A DNA stretch of 64,000 nucleotides from Octopus sinensis (GCF_006345805.1 NC_043009.1:46376001-46440000), one strand, 5' to 3'. Counted from the first letter of the stretch, positions 12,608-26,791 are shown. Notes: generated from the letters alone by a model not told the origin. Numbers and translations are program-made.

Positions 12608-13138
12608 GCATACATATACTTACACACACACACATGTCTGTTGAATTTGTTCAGTGCCAAAGTTTCAAAATTCGCTCTCAAAAGCTCTCATGCTTCTCGT
12701 TGTCAGTCTCATCTCTCAGTGTAATCTGATGGAATGATTATTCAAGCTGATCTTCTTTCAGCTTAGAATAAATGCGATAATTTAAAGGCTTCATTAATGC
12801 ACCACAACATAAGGTTCTGTATCCCACGTTTTCATTAATTAGGAATATTTCATATTCATAAGATGTTATTTAAAATTATTCTCTTAATATCTATGAATCT
12901 GAAATTTTTAACCTCCCCATTACAAAGTGGATGCTTCTTTAGGTGATACCTTTATGTTTCAGTAACATAAACGTATGAAAAATACCTGACTAATGAAAAT
13001 GTAGGGTGCAGAAACGTATCTTGTGATGCATTAATAAGCCTATGGATTTCCATCCGCAAGTTATTTTTGTTATTACTACCGACCTACCTACCCCTTCCCA
13101 CACACATGTACCTCAAATATGCTTGGGGCATATATAGA

Positions 13139-13540
13139 ACTAGCAGTATCGCCCGGCGTTGCTCGAGTTTGTAAGGGAAATAACTATATAAGCATTTTTA
13201 GAGAGTTATAGCCAAAAAATAGCAAAAAAATGCATTAAAAATGGAAAAAAAATGATGGTAAATTTTTTTTAAATCGTTGACTCATTGTAGACATTTTTAG
13301 AGAGTTACTTCCCTTATATAATAGCGAAAAAATGCATTAAAATGGAAAAAAATAATTATGGTAATTTTTTTTTTAAATCGTAGACTCATCGTAGACGCGC
13401 GCTAATACCCAGAAGGGCTCGATATGAATCACGACTATAAGATACCCGGTTTTGGTTAAACTGCACCGCAAAATGTGGGAGTAGTTAGGAATCTAAATCG
13501 TAGGAGACAGACAAACAACTTTACTTTTATATATAAAGAT
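13139..13540 (+). mobile_element. Helentron-associated non-autonomous element (HINE/DINE-1-like)
   Basis: Begins ACTAGCAGTATCGCCCGGCGTTGCTCGAGT (sub-terminal palindrome), internal ~100-bp duplication, ends TATATAAAGAT. Confidence 0.7.
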
Positions 13541-14574
13541 TAGCCACTACGTGCTAAATGAAGTATACTTCGAACATCTTGTCACTACTTTTCTCATTCC
13601 TCTCCATTTAGGAATATCAATTTCAGCATTGTGCTATGATGGGTTTAAGAAATGAAATATGAATAAAAAGGTAAAAGAACATTAAGTTTATTATGTAATT
13701 ATAATTTACAGAGTCTGCTATTAATGGCATGGTAATAATTAATATAATTAGTCACAGTCGTGGTGTGTTGGTGTGTGTAACTAAGTCATACGACCAGTTC
13801 CAGTCAAAATTACTGGGTTTACTTAACTGACTAAATCTACTGAAGTTTGTAACTCAGTATGGCCGCAATCCTATGACTAAAAACACTAAAGGTATAAATG
13901 AATGAACAATGGAAGAATACTATATGTAGTATATGTGGCACATGCCATATATATTCGTTATTAGTGACGGAAGCGGGATTAGTTTATGAGAGCGTCCATC
14001 TTATTTATCGTGGACATACTGTACAAAGCCACAAAACTGCAGTATTAGTCTTGAGAAATCATATCTTTAAATGCTTGGCGTTTTTCGCTGCTATTGACAT
14101 TTCTGTGTTTTCTAACACTTTACGTAGAAGATATTTTCTCAAGATGAATACAGCAGTATTGTCGCTTTTTTAGAGCATATCCACGTTAAGTAAGATATAC
14201 AGAACGAGAAACGTTAATCTATATTTTATTTACGGCACGCCACCGTTTAGCGATTAGTTTCAGTACGATGACATGAATGCAATAACAGATATCTATCTCT
14301 TGTCAGCTCGAAGCGTTCCCTTGTCTGGCATCTAATGCTGGGTAGGGGGATTACCACTCCCAAATGTATGCATCCATCACCCAGGTTAAAGAGCGCTTCG
14401 AACTGCCTTTGCGTGTTTATATCCATTTGTCTATCGCGATTGGAATTCTTTTTTACCATTTCGAAGAAATTAAAATAGCGGTTATAATGCCCTGATAAAG
14501 CCCTTGATGAATTGTACCATCATAATGCACAAAAAGATGCACTTTGATAGCGGTGGAAACGTTACGTAAGCAAA

Positions 14575-15033
14575 AAGTATTTAGGACAAATTATCGGCAG
14601 GAATGGACGACGACCGGAGCCGGGTAGGGCAGATGCAATAAGAAATATACCTTCTCCGTCCAATATAACGACCTTAAAAGCTTTTCTAGGTCTAGCAAAT
14701 TTATTATCAAAATTACATACCAAATATGCATGAATTGATTTTGCTAAAAATAGATGTTACCTAGAATCGGTCAAGCAAATGTCAAAAGGCGTTTGACGAT
14801 ATTAAGAAAAATATCGAAATCGGATTGGACGCTGGCTCATTTCGATCCTGCAGCGGAAATTGTAAGCTTCTGACGCTTCTGAATACGGTACAGGAGCAGT
14901 AATGCTACACAAATATAAAGACGGTAATATGAAGGCAGTAGATCATGCCTCACGTTCTCTGAAAGCAGTGAAAGCAGCACAGAAAAAAACCTTAGTGAAA
15001 CAGAGAAAGAAGCTCAAGCGATAATTTTTGTCG
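14575..15033 (+). pseudogene. Ty3/gypsy pol fragment (RT thumb to RNase H), multiple frameshifts
   Basis: KYLGQII...[44 protein letters not shown]. Confidence 0.88.
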
Positions 15034-15034
15034 A

Positions 15035-15151
15035 TCAATTTTTGGGTCGAAGAAAGGAATATCGATGTCTTTTGCCGAACTGCTAAGTTACGGAGACGTA
15101 AACACATCAGCATCGGTTGTCAAGCGACATACACTCACACATACATACACA

Positions 15152-15237
<86 letters not shown>

Positions 15238-15251
15238 ATATATTCTATATA

Positions 15252-15309
<58 letters not shown>

Positions 15310-15486
15310 CATATATATATATACGACGGGCTTCTTTCAGTTTCCGCCTAACAAATCCACATACAATGCTTTGGTCGACCCTAGGCTATAGCAGAAGACA
15401 CGTGCCGAAGGTGCTACGCAGTGGGACTGAACTCGGAGCTATGTGGTGATAAGCAAGCTACTTACCACACAGCGATTTCTACGCCT
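15035..15486 (-). mobile_element. SINE family A with an expanded internal (TATC)n(TA)n
   Basis: GCCGAACTGCTAAGTTACGGAGACGTAAACAC...microsatellite...ACGACGGGCTTCTTTCAGTTTCCG...CTTACCACACAG. Confidence 0.88.
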
Positions 15487-15510
15487 ATACGTATATATAT
15501 ATATAATATA

Positions 15511-15602
<92 letters not shown>

Positions 15603-15848
15603 GATGTATATATATATATATAGATGTATATAAAATAATAAATATTAGGGAATAAATCCAAATTTACAGGGAAAAAATCAGATTTAGGATTAAATCCAAT
15701 TTTATAGTAAAATATTATAAAATATTATTAGAGACAAAACCACTATTTTGAAAAACAAACAAGGAAAGACTTAATCAATACATAAAATTTTAATAAATAG
15801 TCAAAATAGATGTATATATATATACACACACACACACACATACACACA

Positions 15849-15885
<37 letters not shown>

Positions 15886-15994
15886 GGTTTGTTTTGGTTC
15901 GGAAGAAGGTAGGCTTGGTTAGGGGTACCGTACATTTTTAGTCAATGTATGAAACTTTTGAACCTTGACGCACTTTATGATATCTGCAAATTAT

Positions 15995-16209
15995 TGGTTT
16001 CAAATTTAGGCACAAGGCCAGCAATTTTGGGGAAGGGATAAGTCGACTATATCAGCCCCAGTTTTCAACTAGTACTTATTTCACCGACTCCAAAAGGATG
16101 AAAGGTAAAGCCGACCTCGGCGGAGTTTGAAATCTGAGAGTAAAGACGGACGAAATGCCGCTACGCATTTTGTCCGGCGTGCTATCTATTCCGGCAGCTC
16201 GCCGCCTTA
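15995..16209 (-). mobile_element. SINE family C, full length
   Basis: Minus head TAAGGCGGCGAGCTGCCGGAA, B-box-like TTTCAAACTCCGCCGAGG, tail GGCCTTGTGCCTAAATTTGAAACC. Confidence 0.85.
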
Positions 16210-16809
16210 CTTCTGCTAAATATTAATATATATGTGCGTGTGTGTGTGTATTTGTGTATTTGTGTGTGCGTGTGTGTGCGTGCGCACGTCTGTGTGTACA
16301 CACGCGTATGTATGAGTGTGTGTCTGTGTGTATGTGTTTATGATCATATTTTAATTCCTTCAATAAAACCGAAGCTGTATGTTGTATATATTTTACAGAA
16401 AACTGAGTGTGCAAATACAAAGATTGTTCTATGAAAGCTAACATGAGAGATGCATCCTGTTTGCATCATATTAATATACTTACAAACATACGTGCATACA
16501 TACATACATACACACACACACATATATATATATGTATATATATATATATATCTATATAGTATATATGTATTATGTAATATATATATAATATATATAATAT
16601 ATATATATTACATATATATATATATATACATATATATGTGCATGTACATGTGTGTGTGTTTGTGTATAAATACACGCTGTTACACATTCCCTCATACAGA
16701 CGCATTTAATATTCTAGTCTTCGTTTTCTCAACGTGTCTTCCATCCTTCCTTCTGTTTACAAATATGAAGTATATATCATCTCTCTCTCTCTCTCTCTCT
16801 ATCTATCTC

Positions 16810-16883
<74 letters not shown>

Positions 16884-17374
16884 CATATATCTATCTATCT
16901 AGTTGTCCATTTATATAACTGTCTCACTCTCTCCTTCTTTCTCTCATACACGTGCTCTCTCTCTCTCTCTCTCTCTTTTATTTTCGCCATCAGGTTTGAC
17001 CTTTTCTTGTTACCACTCACACTCTCTCACCTCGCTCCTTCATACACACTTCATACACTTATTCTCTTCAGTTGAAATTCATCTTCCTTTCATACCGTCT
17101 CTTTCCTTATCTAGGTATTTATCTATCACTCTGTCTATCTACATATTCAAGTGTGTTGAGAAATCACGTGCTTCTCGAACATGCCACGTACGAGGTTGGA
17201 AAGGTTGCTGTTGATTTGTTTTAACGTACGCACGCACGCACACACACACACGCACAAAGGAACACACACACAGGCACACTTACACACGTACACGCAAACA
17301 TACACGGGCACATATCTATACAATATGATGTATAATACATGACATATATATATATATATATATATAATATCATG

Positions 17375-17557
17375 ATAGATCGCTAGCCACTACACATTGT
17401 TTATTTTCTCTCCTTGTTTCTTTCTGTGTTCCCTTCTGTGGAAGAGCGTAGGCTCGAAACGTTAAAGACCTTTTCATTTCCCGAGTGTTATACTAATACA
17501 TCTGTTTGTTGTCTACACCACCTGTCTTCGTCTTTTGTTTTTTTTAGTGAATTTCCC

Positions 17558-17560
<3 letters not shown>
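17375..17560 (+). mobile_element. Family E repeat
   Basis: GATCGCTAGCC...CCTTCTGTGGAAGAGCGTAGGCTCGAAACGTTAAAG...TCCCTATATA; matches the reverse complement of 6420-6605. Confidence 0.8.
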
Positions 17561-17601
<41 letters not shown>

Positions 17602-17678
17602 TGATATATAGTATATATATATATATATATATAATACACACACAGAACATATATATATATATATATTATATATATATG

Positions 17679-17711
<33 letters not shown>

Positions 17712-17885
17712 ATGTCTATCTATCTGTGTATCTATCTATGTATGTCTCTATCTATCTATATATATATAGTTCATAGATGAGATCAGATATTCTCCGTATA
17801 GAATACACTTGTTAGTGCTCAAGAAATATAAACTTGAGCAGGTATAGAGGTAAATGTAGGGATAAGCATGTTAGAAAGATCAATA

Positions 17886-18388
17886 TATAAGGTATTGTAA
17901 ATAAATACATGAAGTACAAAAAGTATATATGTCTACATATGAAAAGGTCAGACGTACACAGAATAGAAATGAGATTGAGAATTAAAGTGATTGAGGAAAA
18001 TTATTACAAATCCAACAGCTGTTTCTATGGGCTCCGTGATACATAATAATGTTTGTGGATTGATTCCATCATAGGATGAGACGAGCTTCAGTCGTCAGGG
18101 AAGAGATGTTACATTTCAGATTTTAAAGGAAAGCAGTTTGGACCTCTTTCCTTTAACATCTCATATGTAAGATCTCTTCCTTGAAGACGGAGGCTCGTCT
18201 CATCCTATGATGGAATCAATCCACAAACATTATTATGTATCACGGAGCCCACAGAAACAGGTGTTGAATTTGTAATACTTTTCCTCAATTACTTTAATTC
18301 TCAATCTTATTTCTATCCTGTGTATATTGGACTTTTTCATATGTAGACATATATACATTTTGTATTTCATGTATTTATATACCTTATA
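17886..18388. repeat. Foldback with roughly 245-bp arms and a 14-nt loop, PLE-end-like
   Basis: Arms 17886-18132 and 18147-18388, central part near-identical; each arm carries a (C/U)UGANGA...GAAACAG(C/G)UGUU motif. Confidence 0.9.
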
Positions 18389-18435
18389 TATGATTGTGTA
18401 ACTTGCTTATTCTTACATTTACTTCTCTCTCTCTC

Positions 18436-18506
<71 letters not shown>

Positions 18507-18697
18507 TCAGATGAATATGGTACTTAAGTTACACCAGAATTTAGTACGGTATTATCCATACAATTTCAAAATAAGGTGATTAAAATCGAAATAATTAATG
18601 GTCTACTATTGGCTTGCCCCTTTAATTGTCAGCAAACATCTTTATATTGATTTCCTTGCCAAATGTCATTATATATATATATATTTATATATATTCA

Positions 18698-18755
<58 letters not shown>

Positions 18756-18759
18756 TAGT

Positions 18760-20060
18760 AAAGCTATAGGGCCGATCCACTGGACCGTGCAGTGACTGGT
18801 TCCATGGTAGATAAATCGGCCTGCAGATTCACCCAGTTCGACATTGACGGCTTCTACTCTTCCATATCTGAAGGCTCTAACTTTTACTGAGCAATACGCC
18901 AAAATTTAGTGATCTTGATATCAGAATTATCATGAATACCAAAAAGTCAATTCTTGTCCACGACAATTCCTTCTGGGTGAAGAAAGAAGGCGTTCCATTG
19001 TTCGATGTCCCTATGGGATCTTTGAGGGACTGAAATCGCTGACCTCGTCGGGTTATGCATCTTTGATACCCGCAAGAGACGTACCCACCCACACAGGTTG
19101 GCTTTCTATAGGGACGACAGCCTGGCTATCTCTTGCCATATGAACGGCTACACCATGGACAGGTTAAGGAAGGACTTGATAAAAATATTCAAGGAGTCCG
19201 GCCTGTCCATAACAATTACCAGCAACCTGACTACGGTCAATTTCTTGGACGTAACCTTAAACCTTGTTATTATATGGAAAGGAAGCCTAACGAAAAAATA
19301 GTATACATCTACAAGAGCTCAAGCCATCCCCCCTCCTGTAATTAGAAACCTGGCTCAAGGCATTAGCAAACGACTATTTAATCTCTCGGCCAATAGAGAG
19401 ATCTTTTACAGGGTCGGCCCACTATAACGATGCTTTGGCACGGAACGGGTTTACTGAGAAGCTCAGTTATGTGGACAACCCCCAAACACCCTCTCCTCAC
19501 CACCAAAAGGATTAGGAAAAGGAACATTATATGGTATAACCCTCCCTTTAAACTTAGAAGCTTCCACCAAAGTAGCTTGGGGTTTCCTGTCGTTAAGAAA
19601 CACTTCCCCAGAGGCCACAAGTATTAGAAACTTTCCAAACCCCCATTATGTCAACATCGCACGCATCAACATGCACCCACACCACGCTCAACCCCAACCT
19701 GCAACTGACAAAACCCCACTATGTACCGTCTAGAAGGATTCTGCTTCTCAACGGCCGTATTATATAGAACTACCCTTACACAATTCGATGGCATTATTGG
19801 GCACTATACGGGGATGACAGCCAATGACCTCAAGAGAAGATACTCCCAGGATATGCACTCGTTCAGATCCAGGGACAGAGAGAACTCTACTTCCCTGTCT
19901 CACTTTCTCTGGAAGCTCCATGACCTCCGAGACGAAACACCTTGCATCAAGTGGACATCATATTCATTCGGCGCGCCTATCTGCCACCTCTGTCCCCGCG
20001 AAAAACATATCTTCCATCAACAAGAAATGCGATTTATCTTATTGCTGTCACTAGCGGTAA
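18760..20060 (+). mobile_element. Penelope-like retroelement, decayed RT and GIY-YIG endonuclease
   Basis: FDIDGFY, FDVPMGSF, YRDD, VNFLDVTLNL, RKRNIIWYNPPF, Cys linker (CN*...LEGFC), VLY...YTGMT...KRRY, CHLCPREK. Confidence 0.92.
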
Positions 20061-21504
20061 GCCCTTCTCGCAAATTTCAAACCTCTGACTGCTGACAACC
20101 CGGATATACCCCCTTAGTACCAGCTGCTACTCTGCACCAAGGTCACCGTCACTTACCAACCCCATAAGCAGTACAGCCAATTGCCAATCCTCAACACTTA
20201 CCAGTCTCCAAAGCTTATCAATCCCTAACGTTTACCAATTCCCAACGCTTGTTATAAGCATGTATATTCATGCATGCATGCGGGTGCGGGTGCGCATGTG
20301 TATGCACATACTAATATGCATGCGTGCATGTATGAATGCATGCATTGCACATATGAGTGAATACGCATGTGTGGATGTATGTTCGTGTGCATGTGTTTGC
20401 ATGTGTATATGTGCGTCCGCGTGCTTGTCCGTTCATATATATGTGCGTGAGTGTGGGTGTGTGTGCGCGCCCATGTACAGATATGTACGCCCGCATCAAT
20501 ATAGGCAAGACAGCAAAACCATATAACCGCGTCTACACAGCCACATCTACAACTATATACTTGCGCATACCGTTCTTTCCAATCTCCCCTCCAACAATCA
20601 GACCGATTTCCTGCCCACACCGTGGTTGATTTGTTGTCCACAACTTGCTCGATTTCTTAGTTACTATGCGGTGTTTTCCAACTAACTGTTGTCACTGATA
20701 TTCGGTTATATCAACAGCAAACCACGACACTAGGTGACTTTCCTGAACCAGTCGCAGCCCACCTTTCGGTAATAACAATCAACTTCTTTCATTCAAATTA
20801 AAAATGACTGAAGATTAGCATCACACTTGAAACTCTCGGAGTACCAAGGAATTTGAATCAAACTGTTTTGATTCGTATATATATATATTATATATATATA
20901 TATATATATACAGCCAGAGATAGAGGATGATGGAGAAACAGAGGGTGAGAGAGAGAGAGAAGGGGGTGGAGATAGACCTAACTTTAACCATGAGTATCTT
21001 GGCAACATATACGATGCTCTCGCTAAATGCCTTATGGGCCTATACAGTCGCTAATAATTATAGACATTCTCATAGCTTTCCCTGGTGTGACAGCTAGGCA
21101 GTGAGAGATTTACACCAACACTCAGCTGATACTGATATTCAGCTGAGTTGACTGCAGTAATGTGAAAGGGAATACATTGCTCCAAGTTCCCATGCACTGC
21201 CTGGTCCAGGAACTGAACATATAGAATTATGATCACGACCCGAATATCCTAATCACTTGGTCATGTGCCTTCGTACACTCAGACACAGCCGTGTACAGAC
21301 ACATGCACACGTGTACATATATGGATGTAGAAAAATTGTTTAATTATAATACGAAATAACGGTTGCTCTCTACGAACCTGCTTTGGGGTCCCAACACAGA
21401 CTTTGTTCTTCCACCTTTCCAGAACATGCTGCAGGTTTATTACTGGTTGTTTCGGCTTTGGGTATAACGATGCACTATGGGTTTTTTTTCTTACACTCTT
21501 CATA

Positions 21505-21780
21505 TTTTCCTCCGAAGGATCATTAGGGTAACGTTACTCGACGGGGGGCGGAGTGTATCTCGGAGGCTAAAGGAGTTTTTTCCAGTTCGAACCGCTACTC
21601 CTCCACACTGAGAGGTCACAACATCGGCACTATAGACATGTGGTTATAATGTCGCAGGGAAGAATCGCTAGCCAGATTGTTCAAGCCGTGACAACTGACA
21701 GAGGATGTGCGGTAGACCAAGTGCAAGAAGGGTGGACAATAATATCCACCCATGTGGTCATGCTTACGAATTCAGCAGGT
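21505..21780 (+). mobile_element. RTE (Rex3/Expander-like) LINE C-terminal fragment
   Basis: Broken frames FLRRIIRVTLLD, PLLLHTERSQHRHYRHVVIMSQGRIASQIV, GRPSARRVDNNI match the RTE pattern LLLxIERSQLRWxGHVxRM...GRPxxRWxD. Confidence 0.7.
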
Positions 21781-22453
21781 AAGTGTAGTGACGGTTACTT
21801 CTGATAGGCCCCTGAAGAGGACATTATCGGAGGGTTCTACCACCACAACCCTCCCAGAAATAGTGCGCGATGATAATGGACGGATGGATAATGGAAAATA
21901 TAACCATTACTGCTCTTCCATGATTTTGACGCTAAGAGACCATCATCTCGATTTGATTCAAGCAAACATTCGAACGTTTCCTATAAGTGGTGGTTATGTT
22001 TTTCTAATGCAAATGCGATGTCAATAAGCAGTTATGGTATATACACTCTTGGACACACACCACACACACACATGCACGCATACACTGAAACATATAAATC
22101 TTTCATTAGAGCATTGGATGACTGAACAGGTCTTGGGAGCCCCTTTTGTATTGCATCCTGCTAATGGCCTACTTTTATCAAAAGCATTCAGCTAATTATC
22201 TTAACCATTTGTTTAGGACTTCCAGGTCTATCATCCTTGTGTATGCGCGCGCGCGTGTGTGTGTGTATGTGTGTGAATGTGTGTGTGTGTATACACAAAT
22301 TTTACATATGCACATGCCTAAAATGCAGCTATATCATAGTTTGATATCATTTCTATTCTCTAATTTCCCGTATCTCTTTTTGATAGGGCAATGTTTATTA
22401 ATGACAAAAGCATTTTTGCTCTATTAGCTTTGACATTTACTGAGAACAGTGGA

Positions 22454-22553
22454 NNNNNNNNNNNNNNNNNNNNNNNNNNNNNNNNNNNNNNNNNNNNNNN
22501 NNNNNNNNNNNNNNNNNNNNNNNNNNNNNNNNNNNNNNNNNNNNNNNNNNNNN
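22454..22553. other. Assembly gap (100 N)
   Basis: Direct reading. Confidence 1.
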
Positions 22554-22629
22554 TTTATCTCAAAGCTACTTTTAATCCTTGCGCTTAAAGCATATATCTT
22601 CTTTATTATTTATTGCATAACTTTAATTA

Positions 22630-23911
22630 CGAGGGACGTTCAATAAGTAATGCCTCTGACCCACTTGTTTGATCTAGCTGAAATTTTGCATGTGCAATCA
22701 TTTATATCTCAATAGAGTAAGTGTCAAATTACAGCTCTGAATTAATTGTAGTGTCTGATTTACAGGTGTTTGAAACGAGTCAAGTGTGAAATGGAACCTG
22801 TTCAGTGTCGAGCAGTGATCCGGTTTTTGTATTTGAAAGGACGCACACCACGGGAGGCTTTTCATGAAATGAAAGTAACTTATGGTGATGATGCCCCATC
22901 ATATGACCTTGAAAAACGCTGGCATCATGAATTCAAACATGGTGGGAACTCTGTGGAAACAGCTCCCAGATCTGGTCGCCCCCTTCTGCCATTGATGAGG
23001 CATCTGTCCGTCAAGTTGAGTCTGCCATTTTGGAAGATCGACGCATAATTATTCGCCAAATAGCCCATGAGGTCAAGATTAGACCGGGTCTGTGGAAATT
23101 ATCATTCATGACCATTTGCATATGCAAAAGGTGTCTGCCAGATGGATTCCCAGGTTGCTCACGCCTTTCCAGAAGCAAGAACGCGTCGAGTGCTCGAGGG
23201 TGAATTTGGAGATGTGCCAAGAAGATGAGTCAAAATTTTTCAAAAGACTGATTACACAGGAAGAAACCTGGGTCCATCACGATGATCCAGAGACCAAAGC
23301 CCAGTCAATGCAGTGGAAGCACCGTGACTCACCCCCTCCAAAGAAGGCAAGGGTGCAGCCCTCCGCTGGCAAGGTCATGCTCACAGTCTTCTGGGAGCAG
23401 GACGGAGTAGTGATGACAGATTTCCTGGCAAAGGGTACCACAATTGCAGGAGCCTATTATGCTTCACTTTTGAGGAAATTAAGAGGCTATCAAAATCAAG
23501 AGGCGGGACAAGATCAGCAAAGGCATCCTCCTCCTGCAGGACAACGCTCCGGTCCACAACTCGCTTGTCGCCAGATCAGAAGCACAAGCGTATGGCTATA
23601 AACTCCTCCCCATCCCCCCTACTTTCCTGACCTTGCACCCTCTGATTTTCACCTCTTCTCAATCATGAAGTTGTTTTTGAAAGGAAAGCGTTTCCCAGAT
23701 GATGCAGCCTTGATTTCTGAAGTCACGTTGAGGTTGGAGGAACAAGCTGGGTTCTTCTACAAAAACGGTCTCCAGAGCCGCATCAAACGATGGGAGAAAT
23801 GCGTAACTCTGGGTGGTTCCTATGTAGAAAAAGACTAATAACTGTGCCAAGTTTCGTTGCTCTACTGCTATGGGAAGTGGGTCAGGGGCATTACTTATTG
23901 AACGCCCCTCG
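22630..23911 (+). mobile_element. Full-length mariner (irritans/Himar-Hsmar2-like, DD34D), TA target duplication
   Basis: TIRs CGAGGG(A/G)CGTTCAATAAGTAATGCC(T/C)CTGACCCACTT; transposase 22791-23838 with WIPRLL, ITQEETW, LLQDNA, PDLAPSDFHLF; frameshifted. Confidence 0.97.
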
Positions 23912-24044
23912 TATTTACATAAATTATCTAATCATTAATATAAATTTATATATATTATTTGATTGTTACATAACTTAATCATTTATTACATAACTACAAG
24001 GTTGCATATATAGTTTTTCTTTTTGTGGCTGCGTGTCAATTATA

Positions 24045-24800
24045 TTCTTTTCTACTCTAGGCACAAGGCCCCAAATTTTGGGGGAGGGGGCCAGTCAATT
24101 AGATCGACCCTAGTACGCAACTGGTACTTAATTTATCGACCCCGAGAAGATGAAAGACAAAGTCGACTTCGGTGGAATTTGAGCTCGGAACATAAGGACA
24201 GACGAAATACCGATAAGTATTTCACCCAGTGTCCTAAAGTTTCTGCCAGCTCACCGCTTTAGTGCCTCAATTATATTGATCCAAGTATCAACTGATATTT
24301 ATTTTGTCGACTTCAGATTTGTTTAATAATCCTTTCTTCTATGGGGGAAGGGGCTAGTCAATTACATCGACCCCAGTCCTTAACTGGTAATTTTTAAATC
24401 AAACCCCAAAATTATGAAAAGCAGAGTCGACTTCGGTGGAATTTGAACTCAAACGTAAGGACGAACGAAATGCCGCCAAGCATTTTCCAGGAGTACTATC
24501 GATTCTGTCAGCTCACCGCCTTAGTTTTTGTTTTAGTAATAACCGTTTCTAGACCAGAATTTTGGGGGAGGGTTTAGTTTATTATATGGCTCCTAGTACT
24601 TCACTAGTATTTTATTCACCTCAACGAAATTAAAGGCAATGTTGACTGCAAGCAGAAACAATTACCACAAAACATTTTGTCAGACGCTCTATCGATTCTG
24701 CCAATCCACCACTCTACGCTGCTGTAATAATGATTACTGTGTTAATTTAGACACAAAACCAGCAATTTTGGGAGAAGGAGGTAGTTGGTTGATCGACTCA
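24045..24800 (-). mobile_element. Stack of four SINE family C copies or fragments, same orientation
   Basis: About 24045-24260, 24330-24522, 24550-24725 and 24745-24800; repeated GTCGACTTCGGTGGAATTTGA and GCCAGCTCACCGC motifs. Confidence 0.8.
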
Positions 24801-24884
24801 ATTCAATTCAATATATATATATATATAATACGGAGATGTACTCGCATAGCAAGTGATTTGATCTGAGATCGTGTGCTGAAACGA

Positions 24885-25172
24885 AAACAATTGCAGCATG
24901 GAAGGTGTTTGTAAGCCATTTAAGAAACACACAAAAGCTGTTCGATTCACTTCAACATTTAAGTTTAATTTGTCAAAATATTTTCGTCGCTAAAATCCGC
25001 GACCTGTTCACTGACAAAAATACGTGCTGCATCTGATTTTTGTCAGTGAACAGGTCGCGGATTTTAGAGACGAAAATATTTTGACAAATTAAACTTAAAT
25101 GTTGAAGTTAATCGAACAGCTTTTGTGTGTTTCTTAAATGGCTTACAAACACCTTCCACGCTGCAATTGTTT
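24885..25172. mobile_element. Hairpin MITE-like element (137-bp near-perfect arms, 14-nt loop)
   Basis: 24885-25021 is the reverse complement of 25036-25172 with few mismatches. Confidence 0.9.
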
Positions 25173-25899
25173 ATATATAAATATATATATATATACATAT
25201 ACATATATCTTCCGCAGTAAACTAAAGTTTAATGCGGAAGATATTTGGCCAAGTTTCCATGTATTAAAAGAGAACCCAGGGTCACGCATGTTTGAAGTGA
25301 ACTTTTTAACAAGCCTATGCTTACAGTTGCAAATAATTTTTAATATTGTTGCGTGTTAGTGTACAGGTAATGTTAGAAGGTTAGTTGCTGTATGTATGTA
25401 TGTAAACTAGTGGTTGATAGTGTGTGATCTATGTATTCGCTTTATTGTGTTTTGTTAAACTCTGTGTGAGAATTATATTTATTTTCTTTATACAATTATT
25501 GTTTTCTTATATCTTTTATATCACTATCGTTTTTAGTGACGGCAGAAGTGTTCTAGTTTTTCTTTTTATTATGTTTGTATATTATGAAAATTGTTCGTCC
25601 ACTCACCCAACCTCACCTCATATCTCACTCGATTATTGCCATCGATTTTGGCCGTATACTTCAATCAGAAATCAATACTTTAATGTCATTACCCAGTTAC
25701 ATCATAACCTATGTGTATCAAAGAATAAAACCATTTTATTAGCGTTAGTACTGAAGCAGGATAGGGAGATACCTTCGCAGAATCGATAGAGGTTCAATAT
25801 GATGTTTTAAAGTGTTGTGTCGGATCTTTACGTCCTGTGTTCAAATCCCGACGAGTCCAATTGACAGCTTTCTCATTGGGAACGGAGAATTGAATTGAA

Positions 25900-26655
25900 T
25901 TGAGTCGATCAACCAACTACCTCCTTCTCCCAAAATTGCTGGTTTTGTGTCTAAATTAACACAGTAATCATTATTACAGCAGCGTAGAGTGGTGGATTGG
26001 CAGAATCGATAGAGCGTCTGACAAAATGTTTTGTGGTAATTGTTTCTGCTTGCAGTCAACATTGCCTTTAATTTCGTTGAGGTGAATAAAATACTAGTGA
26101 AGTACTAGGAGCCATATAATAAACTAAACCCTCCCCCAAAATTCTGGTCTAGAAACGGTTATTACTAAAACAAAAACTAAGGCGGTGAGCTGACAGAATC
26201 GATAATACACCTGGAAAATGCTTGGCGGCATTTCGTTCGTCCTTACGTTTGAGTTCAAATTCCACCGAAGTCGACTCTGCTTTTCATAATTTTGGGGTTT
26301 GATTTAAAAATTACCAGTTAAGGACTGGGGTCGATGTAATTGACTAGTCCCTTCCCCCATAGAAGAAAGGATTATTAAACAAATCTGAAGTCGACAAAAT
26401 AAATATCAGTTGAATACTTGGATCAATATAATTGAGGCACTAAAGCGGTGAGCTGGCAGAAACTTTAGGACACTGGGTGAAATACTTATCGGTATTTCGT
26501 CTGTCCTTATGTTCCGAGCTCAAATTCCACCGAAGTCGACTTTGTCTTTCATCTTCTCGGGGTCGATAAATTAAGTACCAGTTGCGTACTAGGGTCGATC
26601 TAATTGACTGGCCCCCTCCCCCAAAATTTGGGGCCTTGTGCCTAGAGTAGAAAAG
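25900..26655 (+). mobile_element. Mirror copy of the SINE family C stack
   Basis: Reverse complement of 24045-24800. Confidence 0.8.
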
Positions 26656-26791
26656 AATATAATTGACACGCAGCCACAAAAAGAAAAACTATATATGCAA
26701 CCTTGTAGTTATGTAATAAATGATTAAAGTTATGTAACAATCAAATAATATATATAAATTTATATTAATGATTAGATAATTTATGTAAATA

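Noticed and set aside
13612-13670. Strong acceptor followed by a possible donor
   Set aside because: All three frames hit a stop inside the segment; not compatible with the 5252 candidate exon.
21658-21778. Apparent exon ending in a perfect CAG|GTAAGT donor
   Set aside because: The sequence is explained as a frameshifted RTE LINE C-terminus, and the acceptor lacks a pyrimidine tract.
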